The notes beneath the pieces were generated by a model. It made no database searches. It was not told where the DNA came from and saw only the letters and a program-made list of their open reading frames with translations. Below, piece by piece: positions 50,590 to 62,857 of a stretch of 64,000 bases of DNA (position 1 is the stretch's first letter; each line of letters opens with the position of its first letter). The position numbers were made by a program, and so were the translations under genes. The stretch spans positions 8,990,001 to 9,054,000 of the forward strand of contig CM060733.1 in assembly GCA_030704615.1 (NCBI GenBank), given 5' to 3'. The DNA is from Takakia lepidozioides. Taxonomy: Eukaryota > Plantae > Bryophyta.

Positions 50590-51090
50590 TATGCAATCTC
50601 AATGGAGCAGCGACCCGGCTGCTTTCTGACACCTCTAACTTCCATCATTTTCCCCTCATTTTCCTCACCTTCGCAGTATCATCCCACCTGCCAGCTGCGG
50701 CATAAATATTTGATAACAACACATATTAAGATGGAGCATCCTGTTGATCCCACTTGAGAATAGATTTTGCCGCGCGTTCTACCACCTTCACATTGCCATG
50801 AATTCTGCAGGCACCAAGCAAGGCTTTCCACACTATAGCATCTGGTTGGACTGGCATTTTGTTAATGAAGTCCTCAGCCTCATCCAACCATCTAGCACGG
50901 CCAACAAGGTCCACCATGCAACTAAAGTGCTCCACTGTAGGAATGAGGCCATAATCTCGATATAAGGATTCAAAGTAGTGTCTTCCTTCATCCACTAGGC
51001 CCCCTTGGCTACATGCTTGGAGAACACACATAAAGGTGATATTGTTTGGCTTCAAGCCTTCCTTTTGCATTCCTTCAAGTAATTGCAGGT
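50590..51090 (-). pseudogene. PPR L2-S2-E1-E2 region and PG box of an RNA-editing-factor-type gene
   Basis: VLQACSQGGLVDEGRHYF...HFSCMVDLVGRARWLDEAEDFINKMPVQPDAIVWKALLGACRIHGN...YVLLSNIYAAAGRWD...KQPGRCSIEI; stop and frameshift present; no DYW domain seen. Confidence 0.88.
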
Positions 51091-52109
51091 CCTCTCTGCA
51101 TCTGTTTATTGTTCAAAGGTGGGCTCCCCGCCCTGAATTTAAATATCAGTCAAGTGCCACAGGTAGGTAGGCCCTTCATATCATCCTTAAGGTCCTTGCC
51201 CATGTCATAGACTGGAAACAAGTTCAGGGAAGTTTTATGCCTAACTTCATTTAGGGTCCTTGCAAGAGAGAGAAAGAAAGAGAAAGAGAAAGAAAGCATG
51301 GAACTTTACAACATCCATGGAAAGCTCAGAAAGACAATGCAACCAAAAAGAACAGAACACCTGGGCCCCAACAACCAGCCCAAACAAAACACTCCTCAAC
51401 TATGAGAGACAAGAGACGCTTCGAAATGTCCTTAGGGGCCCATGGGCCAAAGAAGAGAGCATGGGAGCTATAATTAGGGTGCTATAGAGAAGGAAGTTGA
51501 GTCACCAGCACTGCTCCTCTAGCCCTCTAGAGTGCAACAGATGTGACATGTGTGAATGTGTAGGCACTGCCAGCCAATGTTGCAGAGAAATGGACAGCAA
51601 AAAGAGAGAGAGAGGAGAGAGGTGCTACCATTATGCTGTTAGAAAGTCTTCATTTCATCTGGTTGTCTGCTTGTAACATAACAGGCATTCACCTTATTGC
51701 CTTGACTGTCCCACCAACGACTGGAGTTTGAAAAATATTCGTTCCAAAGCTTCTGCCTCTACAGTGGCTTTCTGGAAATGAGGCTGTGATGGCAACTTCA
51801 CTGCTGCAAGTAACCACGGGCAAATATGACCACTCAATTTGCTGGGCAGTGGAGATCATTAGAGGAGGGACCAATCTCGATGCAATCCTTTTTCGAGAGA
51901 ACAGAGGGGTGTACAGATTCTACTACCCAAACTTTGTTGAAGCTTTCCGAGCAGGGCATGGCTTGCAAGCGGCGTAGCCTTGGAGAGAGTGGTGAGGCCA
52001 CGCCCAACGGCCCAGGGAATGCGTGGAGTATGTTTCCCACCTTTGCCATGAATACCACATGCACACCCATGGCTGCTCCCTCTCCAACTCTCTTGTTGGC
52101 CCTACTACA

Positions 52110-53280
52110 GCCATGCTGGGCATATCCTGCAATCATCGCATTCCATGACACCACATTTTGTTCAGCCATATTATCAAATACTCCCCTTGCATCCTCCATT
52201 TGGCATATATGTCCAAGAGGGTGTTGCTCAGAATGAAACCTGGGACGATGTCAGCTTTCATGATGTCAACATGGACCTCTTTGCCCTTTTCCAGGGCAGC
52301 CAAGCTCGCACACGCACTGCAAATGCAAACAAACGTCACCTGGTCAGGCTGCACCCCTTCCCACATCATTTGTCCATAGGTCTCCAAAGTCAGTTCCACC
52401 TCTGACAATGTCACCATGGACCTCTTTGCCCTTTTCCAGGGCTGCCAGGCTTGCAAATGCCACCCCTCATCCCCCCGCCATCCTCCTGTGCAAGGGATGG
52501 ACGACGGCCGGACGGACCCCTTCCGCCATCATTTGATCGTAGGTATCCAAAGCCTCCTTCCCGCGGCCTTGCTGTGCATACCCAGCAAGCATCGTTCAGC
52601 CATACCGTTGCAAACTCCCTTTGGATCCTCAATGCACCCACATTTCGCATACATGTCCACTTGTTCAGCATGACGCCGGGTACAATTCCAGCTCTGATGA
52701 TGTCACCATGAACCTCTTTGCCCTTTTCCAGGGCTGCCAGGCTCGCACACGCATTGCATATACAAAGGAACGTGACCAGGTCTGGCTTTACCCCTTCCCG
52801 CATCATTTGCTCATAGGTTTCCAATGCCTCCATCCCACATCCATGCTGGGGAATATCCCGCGATCATCACAGTCCAGGACACGACATTTCGTTCAACCAT
52901 ATTCTCAAACACTCCCTTTGTATCCTCAATATTGCCACATTTGGCATACGAGGGTATTGTTCAGAATGACATCGGGTACAATTCCAAATTTGACAATGGC
53001 ACCATGGACCTTTTACCCTTCTCCAGGGCTGCCAGACTCGCATACGCATTGCAAACACAAACGAACGTGACCCGGTCCGGCTTCACCTCTTCTCGCATTA
53101 TTTGCTCATACTTCTCCGAAGCCTCTATACCACACCCCCGTTGTGCATATCCTCGTTCTTCCTGCATCATTTGCTCAAGAATAAGCTCAAGAAAGCTCAA
53201 TAAGTTGCTCAAGAATAGATCACAAAGCCTCAATCCCACGCCCCTCCATTGCATATCATGCGATCATCCTGTTCCATGAC
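52110..53280 (-). pseudogene. PLS-class PPR repeat fragments, frameshifted
   Basis: MEALETYEQMMREGVKPDLVTFLCICNACASLAALEKGKEVHGDI; NVVSWNAMIAGYAQHG. Confidence 0.85.
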
Positions 53281-54963
53281 ACAAGTTCTCACGGCTCGAT
53301 ACTAGGAAAACATATGGTAGCGAGGGAGACAAAATGAGGCTAAGTCCCAGCCCTCTCTGTTCGTGGCTGAACGTGGGCAACCCTAAAGCAACTTTTTGAA
53401 TTTTTTAACTTTTTGTACTTTGCGTCATTCCATTGACACAAGTGCTTCGAAGATAGATGGATGAGGTCATCCAATGGATGAACCCATTCATGTATATGCC
53501 TTAAGATGCCACGTGTAGTGATGTAGTCATATAAACAGAGCTGTGAAACCTCCTGTAGTCCTGTAGTCATGTAGTCATAAGCTTCTATGACGTGTCATCA
53601 ATGTGTAGTAGTGGTGTAGTCATTTAGTCATAAGCTTATATGGCACGTGTCTGATGTGTAGTATTACGTATGACTACTAGTTATATAAACCAAGCTTATG
53701 TTCTTGGTCAACAATGGTTGACCGCGGCTCCTAGTCATGTAGTAAAACGTATGACTGCATTAGATTAAAATATATTAAAATACACCCAACAATAGGTTTC
53801 ATCACTTCGTTCTCACATATATAGTCATGGTTACCAAGGTTTATATCACCCGTAGTCATAAAAACGTTATTCTGTAGTAGTGGGTCCAAACGAGGAAGTA
53901 CGCATCGCCTTGGTGGCCCATCGTCTCGAGGGCGTTGGCGTGATGTTGAAGGTTGTGAGAGTCGGAACGGCTGGTCTGGTAGTTGGATAAGCGATAACTC
54001 CAATGTATCCGCTTCTTGTGACTCCATGCTGCCAATATAAGATGCAAAAGTGATGGAAGTGTAGCTATATATACTGATGTGTGGTGTTTTTCCCTCCTTA
54101 GCGTCACCTTGAAGCTAACTTGGCTGACATCATCGGTGTGACGTTTTATTGACGTATGGCTCGAGGCTTAGCTGGATATCGTAGATGAAACTCTAGAACT
54201 TTGTCAGATGCATTGGCGAGGTTGGATGACGGTTCCTACGTTCGTTCGTTGATGTCGTAGTCTTTTCAATGTACGAATTACTAAAGACGTTTATACTTGA
54301 TGCGAGAGTCTAGGACTTCGTCGACTTCATACTCGATTTCCTGATTAACTTCAATTGGTAGAGGCGATACAGAAACCCGCACGGAGATACTTTAGTGATG
54401 ATACAACTCTAATACTGAGACATGGAAGACTGGATGGATGCGCATACTTCGTAGGAGTTCAAGCCGAAACTGACCGGATTTATTTGACGAATAATTTTGA
54501 ATGGTCCCAGGCGTTGATAATCCAACTTCCTTGATGGTCGTGAGGTTTGTATGTCCCGTCGAAGAAGCCAAACACGATCTCCGACCTTGAACTGGGGTTT
54601 GGAGTTGTCGATGTTGATCTGCATATTCCTTCTATTATTTTTTAGCTTCTGCGAGGTGGAATGTAAACTCCTTGTGAATCGTAGCAAGGTGAGTAGCAAG
54701 GTTTTCTACAGCAGGGTTTCCAACAGTCTTCATGTGAAAAATGTTTGCTCGAGGATAATGACCATAATTGGGGAAAAATGAAGTTTGCTTGGTCGAAGAA
54801 TATATAGTGTTGTTGTAGGCAAACTCAGCTAATGGCAGAAGCCGTCGATTATCTTGGTGATAATTTATCGTACAACGAAGATACTACTCCAAAATCTAGT
54901 TTATGCGTTCGGTTTGACCATCAGTCTGTGGATGATTAGCTGTAGAGAGGTTGATCTAAGTAT

Positions 54964-55380
54964 CACTACAGTAAATGGGGGGGTTTGCGATGCCAACCGC
55001 GCCCCCACGCCCCACGCGACGATGAGCCCGCGGCATTTTTTTGTGACGCCCCAACGTCGCAATCCCCCGCTGCGACACCATTACGACGCCTAGCTATTTT
55101 AAGGTAGCATGAAGGAGGAAAGAGGGCCCTCACTGCGACGGATTTTCTTTCTTGCGCGCCTCGGCATCGCAAAAGCGTCACTGAGGGCGCCTCTGCGACG
55201 CCAGGGCGTCGCAACAACATCACCACAGTGAGAGGTTTTTTTTTTTTTTTTTTTTTTTTGGCTTTGTGGTTCTCAACTTCACAAAAACATCGTTGGGGGC
55301 ACCCCGCGTTGGGACGCCCAACGCTGTGACGCCAGAGGGCCGCAATGGCGTCGCCACGGGGGGTCGCAATGGTGTTGTAA
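54964..55380 (+). mobile_element. Single CACTA end (GCGACG family) inside the Tcn1-like pol
   Basis: CACTACAGTAAATGGGG at 54964; colinear with 13959-14345; no second TIR. Confidence 0.8.
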
Positions 55381-56014
55381 TCAGTTTAAGACATCATAAG
55401 GACGTTGAAATTCTCGGAAGATGTCATTAATCATATGTTGGAAAATTGCTGGAGCATTTGTAAGACCGAGAGGCATAACACTGTATTCAAAATGTCTATA
55501 CCTTATTCAAAAAGTTGTTTTTCCATTCGTTTTTTTTTTTAATCCATACAAGGTTATAAGCTCTTCTCAAGTCAATTTTGGTGAACATCTTCGCTCGTCC
55601 CAGCTGATCGAGAAGCCCAGAAATTAGTGGCAACGGATAACGATTCTTAATTGTGACTTTGTTGAGACCGTGATGGTCTACACACATGCGTAATGATCCG
55701 TTTTTTTTTTCACAAACAAGATAGGCGCCCCCGCAGGTGATTTCGAATGTCGGATGAAGTTCTTCAACAAACTTTCATCAATGTATTCACGTAATGCAGC
55801 TAACTATGTCTGGGATAAATTATATAGATTGGGCCGAATAGTGGTTGGGCTCCTTCTTGTAACTCAATTGCACAATCATAAGGTCGATGTTCTGGCAATA
55901 TGGCTGCATTTTTCTTCTCAAAGACAGCCTTGAAATCTTGATATTGAGTAGGTAATGTTGAAGTACATTTGTCTATTGTGGTCCGTTTCAATTTTTATTT
56001 TTTTTAAAACAAGA

Positions 56015-57150
56015 TTGGCGATCGCACTGGTTGTCGTTTTTTTTTCGAAATAGAAAAAGAAATAGCGATCGTCATATTGGCAGTCGCTTCAAATGTTTTT
56101 TTATTAAAAGCAAAGATTGGCGGTCGCAGTGGCGGTCGCCTTATTTTTCGAATTAAAAAAACAAATATCGACCACTATGTAAGCGGTCGCATCAATTTAT
56201 TTTAAAAAAAAAACAAGATTGATGGGCGTATTGGCGGTCGCCTAATTTAAAAAAGAAAACAAACGATTGCCGTATTGGCGGTCGCACGGTGGCAAATACA
56301 TTTTTGAATATTAACAAAAGGAACGCGACCGCCAATTATGGCGGTCGCTTTGTTTTTCGAAATTAAAAAAGAAATAGCGACCGCCGTATTGGCGGTCGCT
56401 TCAATTTTTTATTTTTTAAAGCAAGATTGGCGGTTGCACTTGCGGCCGCTTTATTTTCGAAATAGAAAAAGAAATAGCGACCGTGCTTCAAAAAAAATTA
56501 AAAATTAAAAGCAAGATTGGCGGTCACACCGGCGGTCGTTTTATTTTTCGAATTAAAAAAAGAAATAGCGACCGCTATCTTGGCGGTCGCTTCAATTTAT
56601 TTTAAGAAAAAAACAAGATTCGCGGTCGCATTGGCGATCGCCTAATTTAAAAAAGAAAACAAGCGACTGCCGTATTGGCGGTCGCACAATTTTGTAAATA
56701 TGTACAGAACAAGCGACCGCCATATGGCAGTCGGATAATTTCAAAAATATTTAAAAAAAACAGCGACCGCCATTGGGCGGTCGCTTAATTTCAAAAATAT
56801 ATAGAAAAACAAACGACCGCAATAAAATATAAAGATTAAAAGCGACCGCCTTACTGGCGGTCATATATATTTTTTAATATTAAAAATAAAAGCGACCACC
56901 ATATTGGCGGTCGCTTTATTTCAAATATATTAACAAATGAAGCGACCGCCATACCGGCAGTCGCATTATATTTTGAAATAAAAGACAATAGCGACCGCCA
57001 TACGGGCGGTCGTTTAAATTTAAAAATATATAAAATAGAAGTGACCGCAATATTGCACAAAATAAAAGGAAGTAAAAACGACCGCAATAGTGGCGGTCGC
57101 TTGTTTTTCATTAAAAAAAAAATAGCGACCATAATATTAGCGGTCGCTTA
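56015..57150. repeat. Array of GCGACCGCC-N(4-6)-GGCGGTCGC palindromes and half-sites with AT-rich spacers (upstream of hAT)
   Basis: More than 20 degenerate motif copies visible. Confidence 0.9.
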
Positions 57151-57575
57151 ATTTCAAAATTACAACAAATATGGTTGTACAGTCTTTTTCGGGTGGGCGC
57201 TATTGGTTCGTCATTTATTCATTTCACTTTCATTTCACTTTCATCCCTTTTGGATCATGTATAAGGGAGGATGGTCACTAAGCTCCCCATTTCTTGTGGC
57301 GCAAACACTTGAGGTTGCTTTGATGTTCTCTTCCATTGAACGAGAGTGTAGCCCAAGAGGAGGGTGCACATCTTTTGCCGTTGTGGCTTCCACCAAAGCC
57401 ACTTCAGCAGATTGTGTATAAGCTTAACACTGCAACCCGCATTGACCCACTTGGGTTGCTGTCAGGTGTAGAAGTGTTGGGCTATCGCATTGCACTCTAC
57501 ATTCACAACACGTTCATTTATAGGTGACTGTTTTTTGTTGCTTGCATCGCTAGGTCCCAGGGGAATGGATATTGG

Positions 57576-60480
57576 GTGAAGATGAGGGAAGAATGGAGCC
57601 CTTGGTATACGGCAATCCCGAACACTGTCAATGCCACTAGTAGTGGTGAGTGCAACCTATGTGGATTAAAGCTTTATTATCGTAAGGATTGGTTGCTCAC
57701 TCACCTCGGCTATAAAGGTGTGCAGAGCGCTGGGGTGGGTTTATGCCCCAAAACATCTATGCGAGTAAAAAACCACTTTGCCCAGTGTGGAGGCAATATT
57801 CCAATGTCTTTGGATCTGGACATGACCTCTGAGCAGAACACTCTATCTTCCCGTCAGGATGCCCCGATTAGTACCCAGGGCGACTCTTGTGAGGCTTCGG
57901 GTGTCCTTGGACAAGTGGATTGTGCCGGAGCAACACTTGCTTCAACACCTCTTTGTACCCCTATGTTTCAATGGAGTAGAGGATTACGGCAGCAATCCAT
58001 GCAAGAAGGTCTTAACTTGTCTGCGAAAAGACAGTTGGATAAAAAATGGGCGCAGTTTTTTTTCCAGGTCAACATACCATTTAATGTGGCAAGGCTTCCT
58101 GCATTTGTTTCTGCCGTTAGAGCAACCTCGGATTCCAGATTCACGTACGTGCCTCCGACTTATCACAATCTCCGCACAGGATTGCTAGAAGACGCCATGA
58201 CCGAGCTTACCCAAAAGGTCAACGATAGGACGGACGAGTACATCAGAAAATTATGGAAGCACTATATGTGCCGATGGTTGGAATTCTGTCACAAACAGAC
58301 CGTTGTTCAATGTCATGCTCGTATGTCCAGCTGGGGAACAATTCTTGGGATCGGTCGACACTAGCGGCGAGAAGAAAGATGGACGTTATCAATGCTAACT
58401 ATTGACGGATTTCATCGAACAAGTCGGAAGTGATAGAATCGTGCAAATATGCACAGACAATGCCGCTAACATGACAAACACTGCAGACATGTTGTTGGCA
58501 CGTTATCCCCATATGTACTATCAAGGTTGTGCTGCTCATATCCTTGACCTCCTTTTGGAAGATTGGGGAAAAGAACAGTGGGTGAAACAACTTGTCAAGC
58601 GAGCGAAAACTATTGTGTCGTTCATCCGCACACACCACATCCATTTGGCAATATGCAGTCTGGAGCACACCATCATCGATCCTCAATGGGATGCGTACAC
58701 ACGGACATTGCGGGACTCCAGAAAAGCCAAGCCATTGGGCAAAAGTCGAAAAGTTCGAAATAGCATTCGCAGCGATGATTTCTGGAAGAAATGTGAAAAC
58801 TTTGTTTATATGGTTGAGCCGGTGTTAATCATCTTGCGGGAGTTTGATGGAGAGCAACCAGTAATGGGCAAGACATGCTTACTAATGCAAAATTTTCATA
58901 AGCACGTCCAATCCTTGAGGCATCCTCCCTTCTCCTTGGAACCTAAACTTGCGGACAGTGCTGATGATGCATTTTACGACCGTCGTTCGATGGTTCGAAC
59001 AGACTTGCATTATGCGAGGGCTTTGCTCAATCCATTCTTGCTCGACAATACCATGCTCCGAGACGACGCTGATGCCAAGGCCGGCCTCGTGCGAGTGCTC
59101 ATGCGACTGGCTCCGCCAAACCATGAAGAGAGAGCTATATCCGAGTACCAATGCTTCTTAGATCGCCGCGACCCTTTTGAGGACATGCCTGATCCAAAAG
59201 AGCTCAATATGTTGCCACATGAATGGTGGGATTTAATTGGAGCTAGAGCAAGAACATTGGCTTCCATTGCGAAGCGTATTCTTGCTCAAGTGTGCTCTGC
59301 CTCATCTTGCGAACGCAATTGGAGCAGTTACTCATTTGTTCACAACAAGATTCGTAACAGGTTGAATCCCGCGAGGGCTGACAAATTGGTGTATGTGTAT
59401 AATCAATTGCCGACTGCTACGTGAGGGGGCAGCGGATGATGTTGCATAATGGTATGAGATGAATTTGCATTCCGAAGACTCTGCTTCTGAGGCTGATTCG
59501 ATCAGTGACGATACTGAGCCTCAGAGAGAATCATCTCAGAGGGAATCATCTGCCTCCGATAGTGAAGATAAATCCGATGAAGCTCCCGAAAATGCGTATG
59601 ACCCGTTTACATTTACAGAGGATGATGCTTATATCCAGCCGACCTTTGATGACATTATTGAAGAAGTGCGTATCGCAGATGAAGGTGAAGCTGCAATTGT
59701 GTCATCTCCAGAACATGGTCCTCAAAATGAAGTTGGGGTCGACCCTCGCCCCCCACTACACGCTGAAGCCACCGGTAGTGCCCCAATGGTGATGTACTGC
59801 CAGGACCGATCGACGTACGCAACCCTGTTCATACAAACGATGGTGTCGTACCCATTGTACAGTCGACGGAACGGGATCATGCCTCACCAATACGACCAGC
59901 TCCACCACAATGCCAAAACCGATCCAGCTCCACATGAACACAGCGGCCATTAAGGAGCAACGGGGTTGATTTGTTTTCCACACGCATGCATCATTCTGCT
60001 GCAGTGGACCGGGCGGAAGTTGAAGCCTCGGATGATGACAACCTACCACTACAATTCCACCTTAACCAACGTGTTGCACAGCAGACCCGTGGTTCCTCAC
60101 ATGCCGGACCATCTAATGCCGGTCCATCTCGGGCAGTCCCCCCTCCGGAACCTCCTTCGAGACCACCTTCGATTGCATCCCAAGTCCATAAACGACAAAG
60201 AACAGTCCAACCTTTTGTAGGCAATTGGCCCACAAACAGGCCAGATGCCGTGGATGGTATTCAAGACCGGAGCAGGAGTCGACCTCAGAGAGAACTAAAT
60301 GTGGTTCGAGGTCGCTTGCAGATTCAAAGGCCTGGACATATGAGGTCGGATAGGGAAGACAATTCCAGCACTGATCATGGCAACGGTGGTGAAGTCGAGG
60401 GTGACCCGGATTTTCAACCCATCGGAGCATTAGGATTAGGATCTTCTTCGTCCCGCCGTCGAAGCAGTAGAAGGAATTGA
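57576..60480 (+). pseudogene. hAT transposase pseudogene (BED-like finger, DUF659, dimerisation domain, long low-complexity tail)
   Basis: ECNLCG...LLTHLG; NIPFNVA...PPTYHNLR; ICADGW; ICTDNAANM; CAAHILDLLLED; EWW...ILAQVCSASSCERNWS. +1 frameshift near 58250, TAA at 58396, deletion near 58655, frameshift near 59400. Confidence 0.9.
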
Positions 60481-60754
60481 AGCAAAACAGCTGTAGGCAT
60501 GCATCAGCACTTTTTAGTGGACATGTTTATATTTCTGTACTGAAGTAATACCAATGTGATCATTGTCACAATGAGTATTTGTATTGTTATTGTGTATGTG
60601 TTGGAAAATAAAAGATGTTGCCCATGTGTATACCAGCCAAAATGTCGGCCAAAAGCACCGTCACTTGCTCATGTTTGTGTTCGGTGATTTGTTTGTGGAA
60701 CGGAGAACAATTGTGCCATGCTTCCAACGGTGCATTCATTATTATTTAAATGGA

Positions 60755-62468
60755 GCGACCGCCAAGGTGGCGGTCGCTTCTACGAGGTCTGCCCTCCGCG
60801 TGGAGCGAGGAATGAGGGGGGGGGATATAAGCTCATAGTCATTATTTTGGAAATGAAGCGACCGCCGTTAGTGGCGGTTGTTTTTTTATTTTTTGGGAGC
60901 AAAATGGAGCGACTGCCATTAGGGGCGGTCGCCGTCATTGTTGTTTTTTGTAATTGCAGCGACCACCATTAGTGGCGGTTGCTTTTATTGAAATTTGGTT
61001 GGAAATGGAGCGACCGCCATTTATGGCGGTCGCTTATATTTTAATTATTTTGAAAATAAAAATGGAGCGACCGCCAAGGTGGCGGTCGCTTCTACGAAGT
61101 GTGCCCTACGCATGGAGCGAGGAATGAGGTGGGGGGGAGGAGGGCATATAAGCTCCGGGACATTCTCCCCTCACCTCGCTTGAAGTTTTTTATTTTTATT
61201 TTTATAAATGCAGCGACAGCCATTACTGGCGGTCGTTTTTTTTCTTTTTTTGGTCGAAATGGAGCGACCGCCATTTGTGGCGGTCTTTTTTTTTTGTTTT
61301 TAAATGGAGTGACCGCCATGGTGGCGGTCGCTTCTACGAAGTCTGCCCTGCGCGTGGAGCGAGGAATGAGGGGGGAGGGCATATAAGCCCCCAGTCATTC
61401 TCCCTTCACTTCCATTACTGGCAATTTTTGTTTTTACAAAATGCAGCGACCGCCATTTCTGGCAGTCGCTGTAATGATTATTTTTTAAGATGCAGCGACC
61501 GCCATTACTAGCGGTCGCTTTTATTTTAATTATTTTGGAAATGAAGCGACCGCCATTACTGGCGGTCACTTTTATTTTAATTATTTTGGAAATGAAGCGA
61601 CCGCCTATAATGGCGGTCGCTTATTTATTTTAAATGTTTTGAAAATGAAGCGACCGCCTATGCTGGCGGTCTCTTATTTATTTTAAAGTGTTTTTAAATG
61701 AAGCGACTGCCTATGTTGGCGGTCGCTTTTTTTGTTTTAAAGTTTTTGAAAATGAAGCGACCGCTTATGTTGACGGTCGCTTATTTATTTTAAAGTTTTT
61801 GAAAATGAAGCGACCGCCTATGTTGGCAGTCGCTTATTTATTTTAAAGTTTTTGAAAATGAAGCGACCGCCTATGTTGGCAGTCGCTTATTTATTTTAAA
61901 TGTTTTGAAAATGAAGCGACCGCCTATACTGGCGGTCGTTTATTTATTTTAAATGTTTTTTAAATGAAGCGACCGCCTATGTTGGCGGTCATTTATTTTT
62001 TTGAAGTTTTTGAAAATGAAGCGACCGCCTATGTTGGCGGTCACTTATTTATTTTAAAGTTCTTGAAAATGCAGCGACCGCCTATGTTGGCGGTCGTTTT
62101 TTTTTTTTAAATGTTTTGAAAATGAAGCGACCGCCTATGCTGGCGATCGCTTATTTATTTTATTTTATTTTATAATGTAGCGACCGCCTATGTTGGCGGT
62201 CGGTTTTTTTGTTTTAAAGTTTTTGAAAATGCAACGACCGCCTATGTTGGCGGTCGCTTATTTATTTTAAATGTTTTGAAAATGAAGTGAACGCCTATGC
62301 TGGCGGTCGCTTATTTATTTTAAATTGTTTTTAAATGAATCGACCGCCTATGTTGGCAGTCGCTTATTTTTTTTATTTCTGGAAAATGGAGCGACTGCCT
62401 GTTCTGGCAGTCGTTTTTTTTTTTTTTTTTTTCCGGAAAATGGAGCGACCGCCAAGTTGGGGGTCGCT
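60755..62468. repeat. Second GCGACCGCC palindrome array; regular 53-bp tandem unit at ~61600-62370
   Basis: Unit aaatgaagcgaccgcctatgttggcggtcgcttatttattttaaagtttttga; anchors at 61650, 61703, 61757, 61810 and 61863. Confidence 0.95.
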
Positions 62469-62857
62469 TCTAGAAGATTCGCCCTGCACGTGGCCCGAGA
62501 AATGATGGCGGGGGGGGGGGGGGGGGGGGGGGATATATAAGCCAAGGGTAGCTTATTCTCACGTCACTTGCACTCCACACAACTTCTGTGTGCGTGGCAT
62601 TTCATTATTCCACGACACGTAGTCACGTGCAGAAGGAGGTCATTGGTTGGGTGGGGGGTATTTTTTCCCGCGATCTCTGTGAGGTCGTTGCAGAGTTGCT
62701 CCCATAGGCCCTCCTCTGGCTTCCAGGATCATTTTATTCTACAAAATTAGCTTTTAGGAACTATTTTGACACCTACTCAAACCTACTTAACGAATGAAGG
62801 GTTTAGAGTTACGTCCTTTTAGAAAACCTTGTTTAGTGTTGTTTCGATTGTTGTAGA

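Larger units (their letters stand above)
48122..53882 (-). mobile_element. Pack-CACTA 2 (same family as Pack-CACTA 1) carrying PPR, E-domain and PDF fragments
   Basis: TIRs CACTAGTACAGATTATCGTTTTTATGACT / CACTACTACAGAATAACGTTTTTATGACT; TSD GGT; ATGACTAC subterminal repeats. Confidence 0.92.
47196..55990 (-). mobile_element. Decayed Tcn1-like Ty3/gypsy chromovirus, interrupted by two CACTA insertions
   Basis: RT start [19 protein letters not shown]...[27 protein letters not shown] (55400-55990); integrase end FKVGDRVWL...RPSRKLDYQRLGPFKI and chromodomain remnant (54150-54960); 3' UTR, PPT and LTR. Confidence 0.8.

Noticed and set aside
49039-53280. A single intact PPR gene
   Set aside because: Many frameshifts and stops, scrambled domain order, and enclosure by CACTA TIRs with a TSD.
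60755-62468. CRISPR-like array of palindromic repeats
   Set aside because: Spacers are near-identical low-complexity AT tracts, there are no cas genes, and the context is a eukaryotic transposon.
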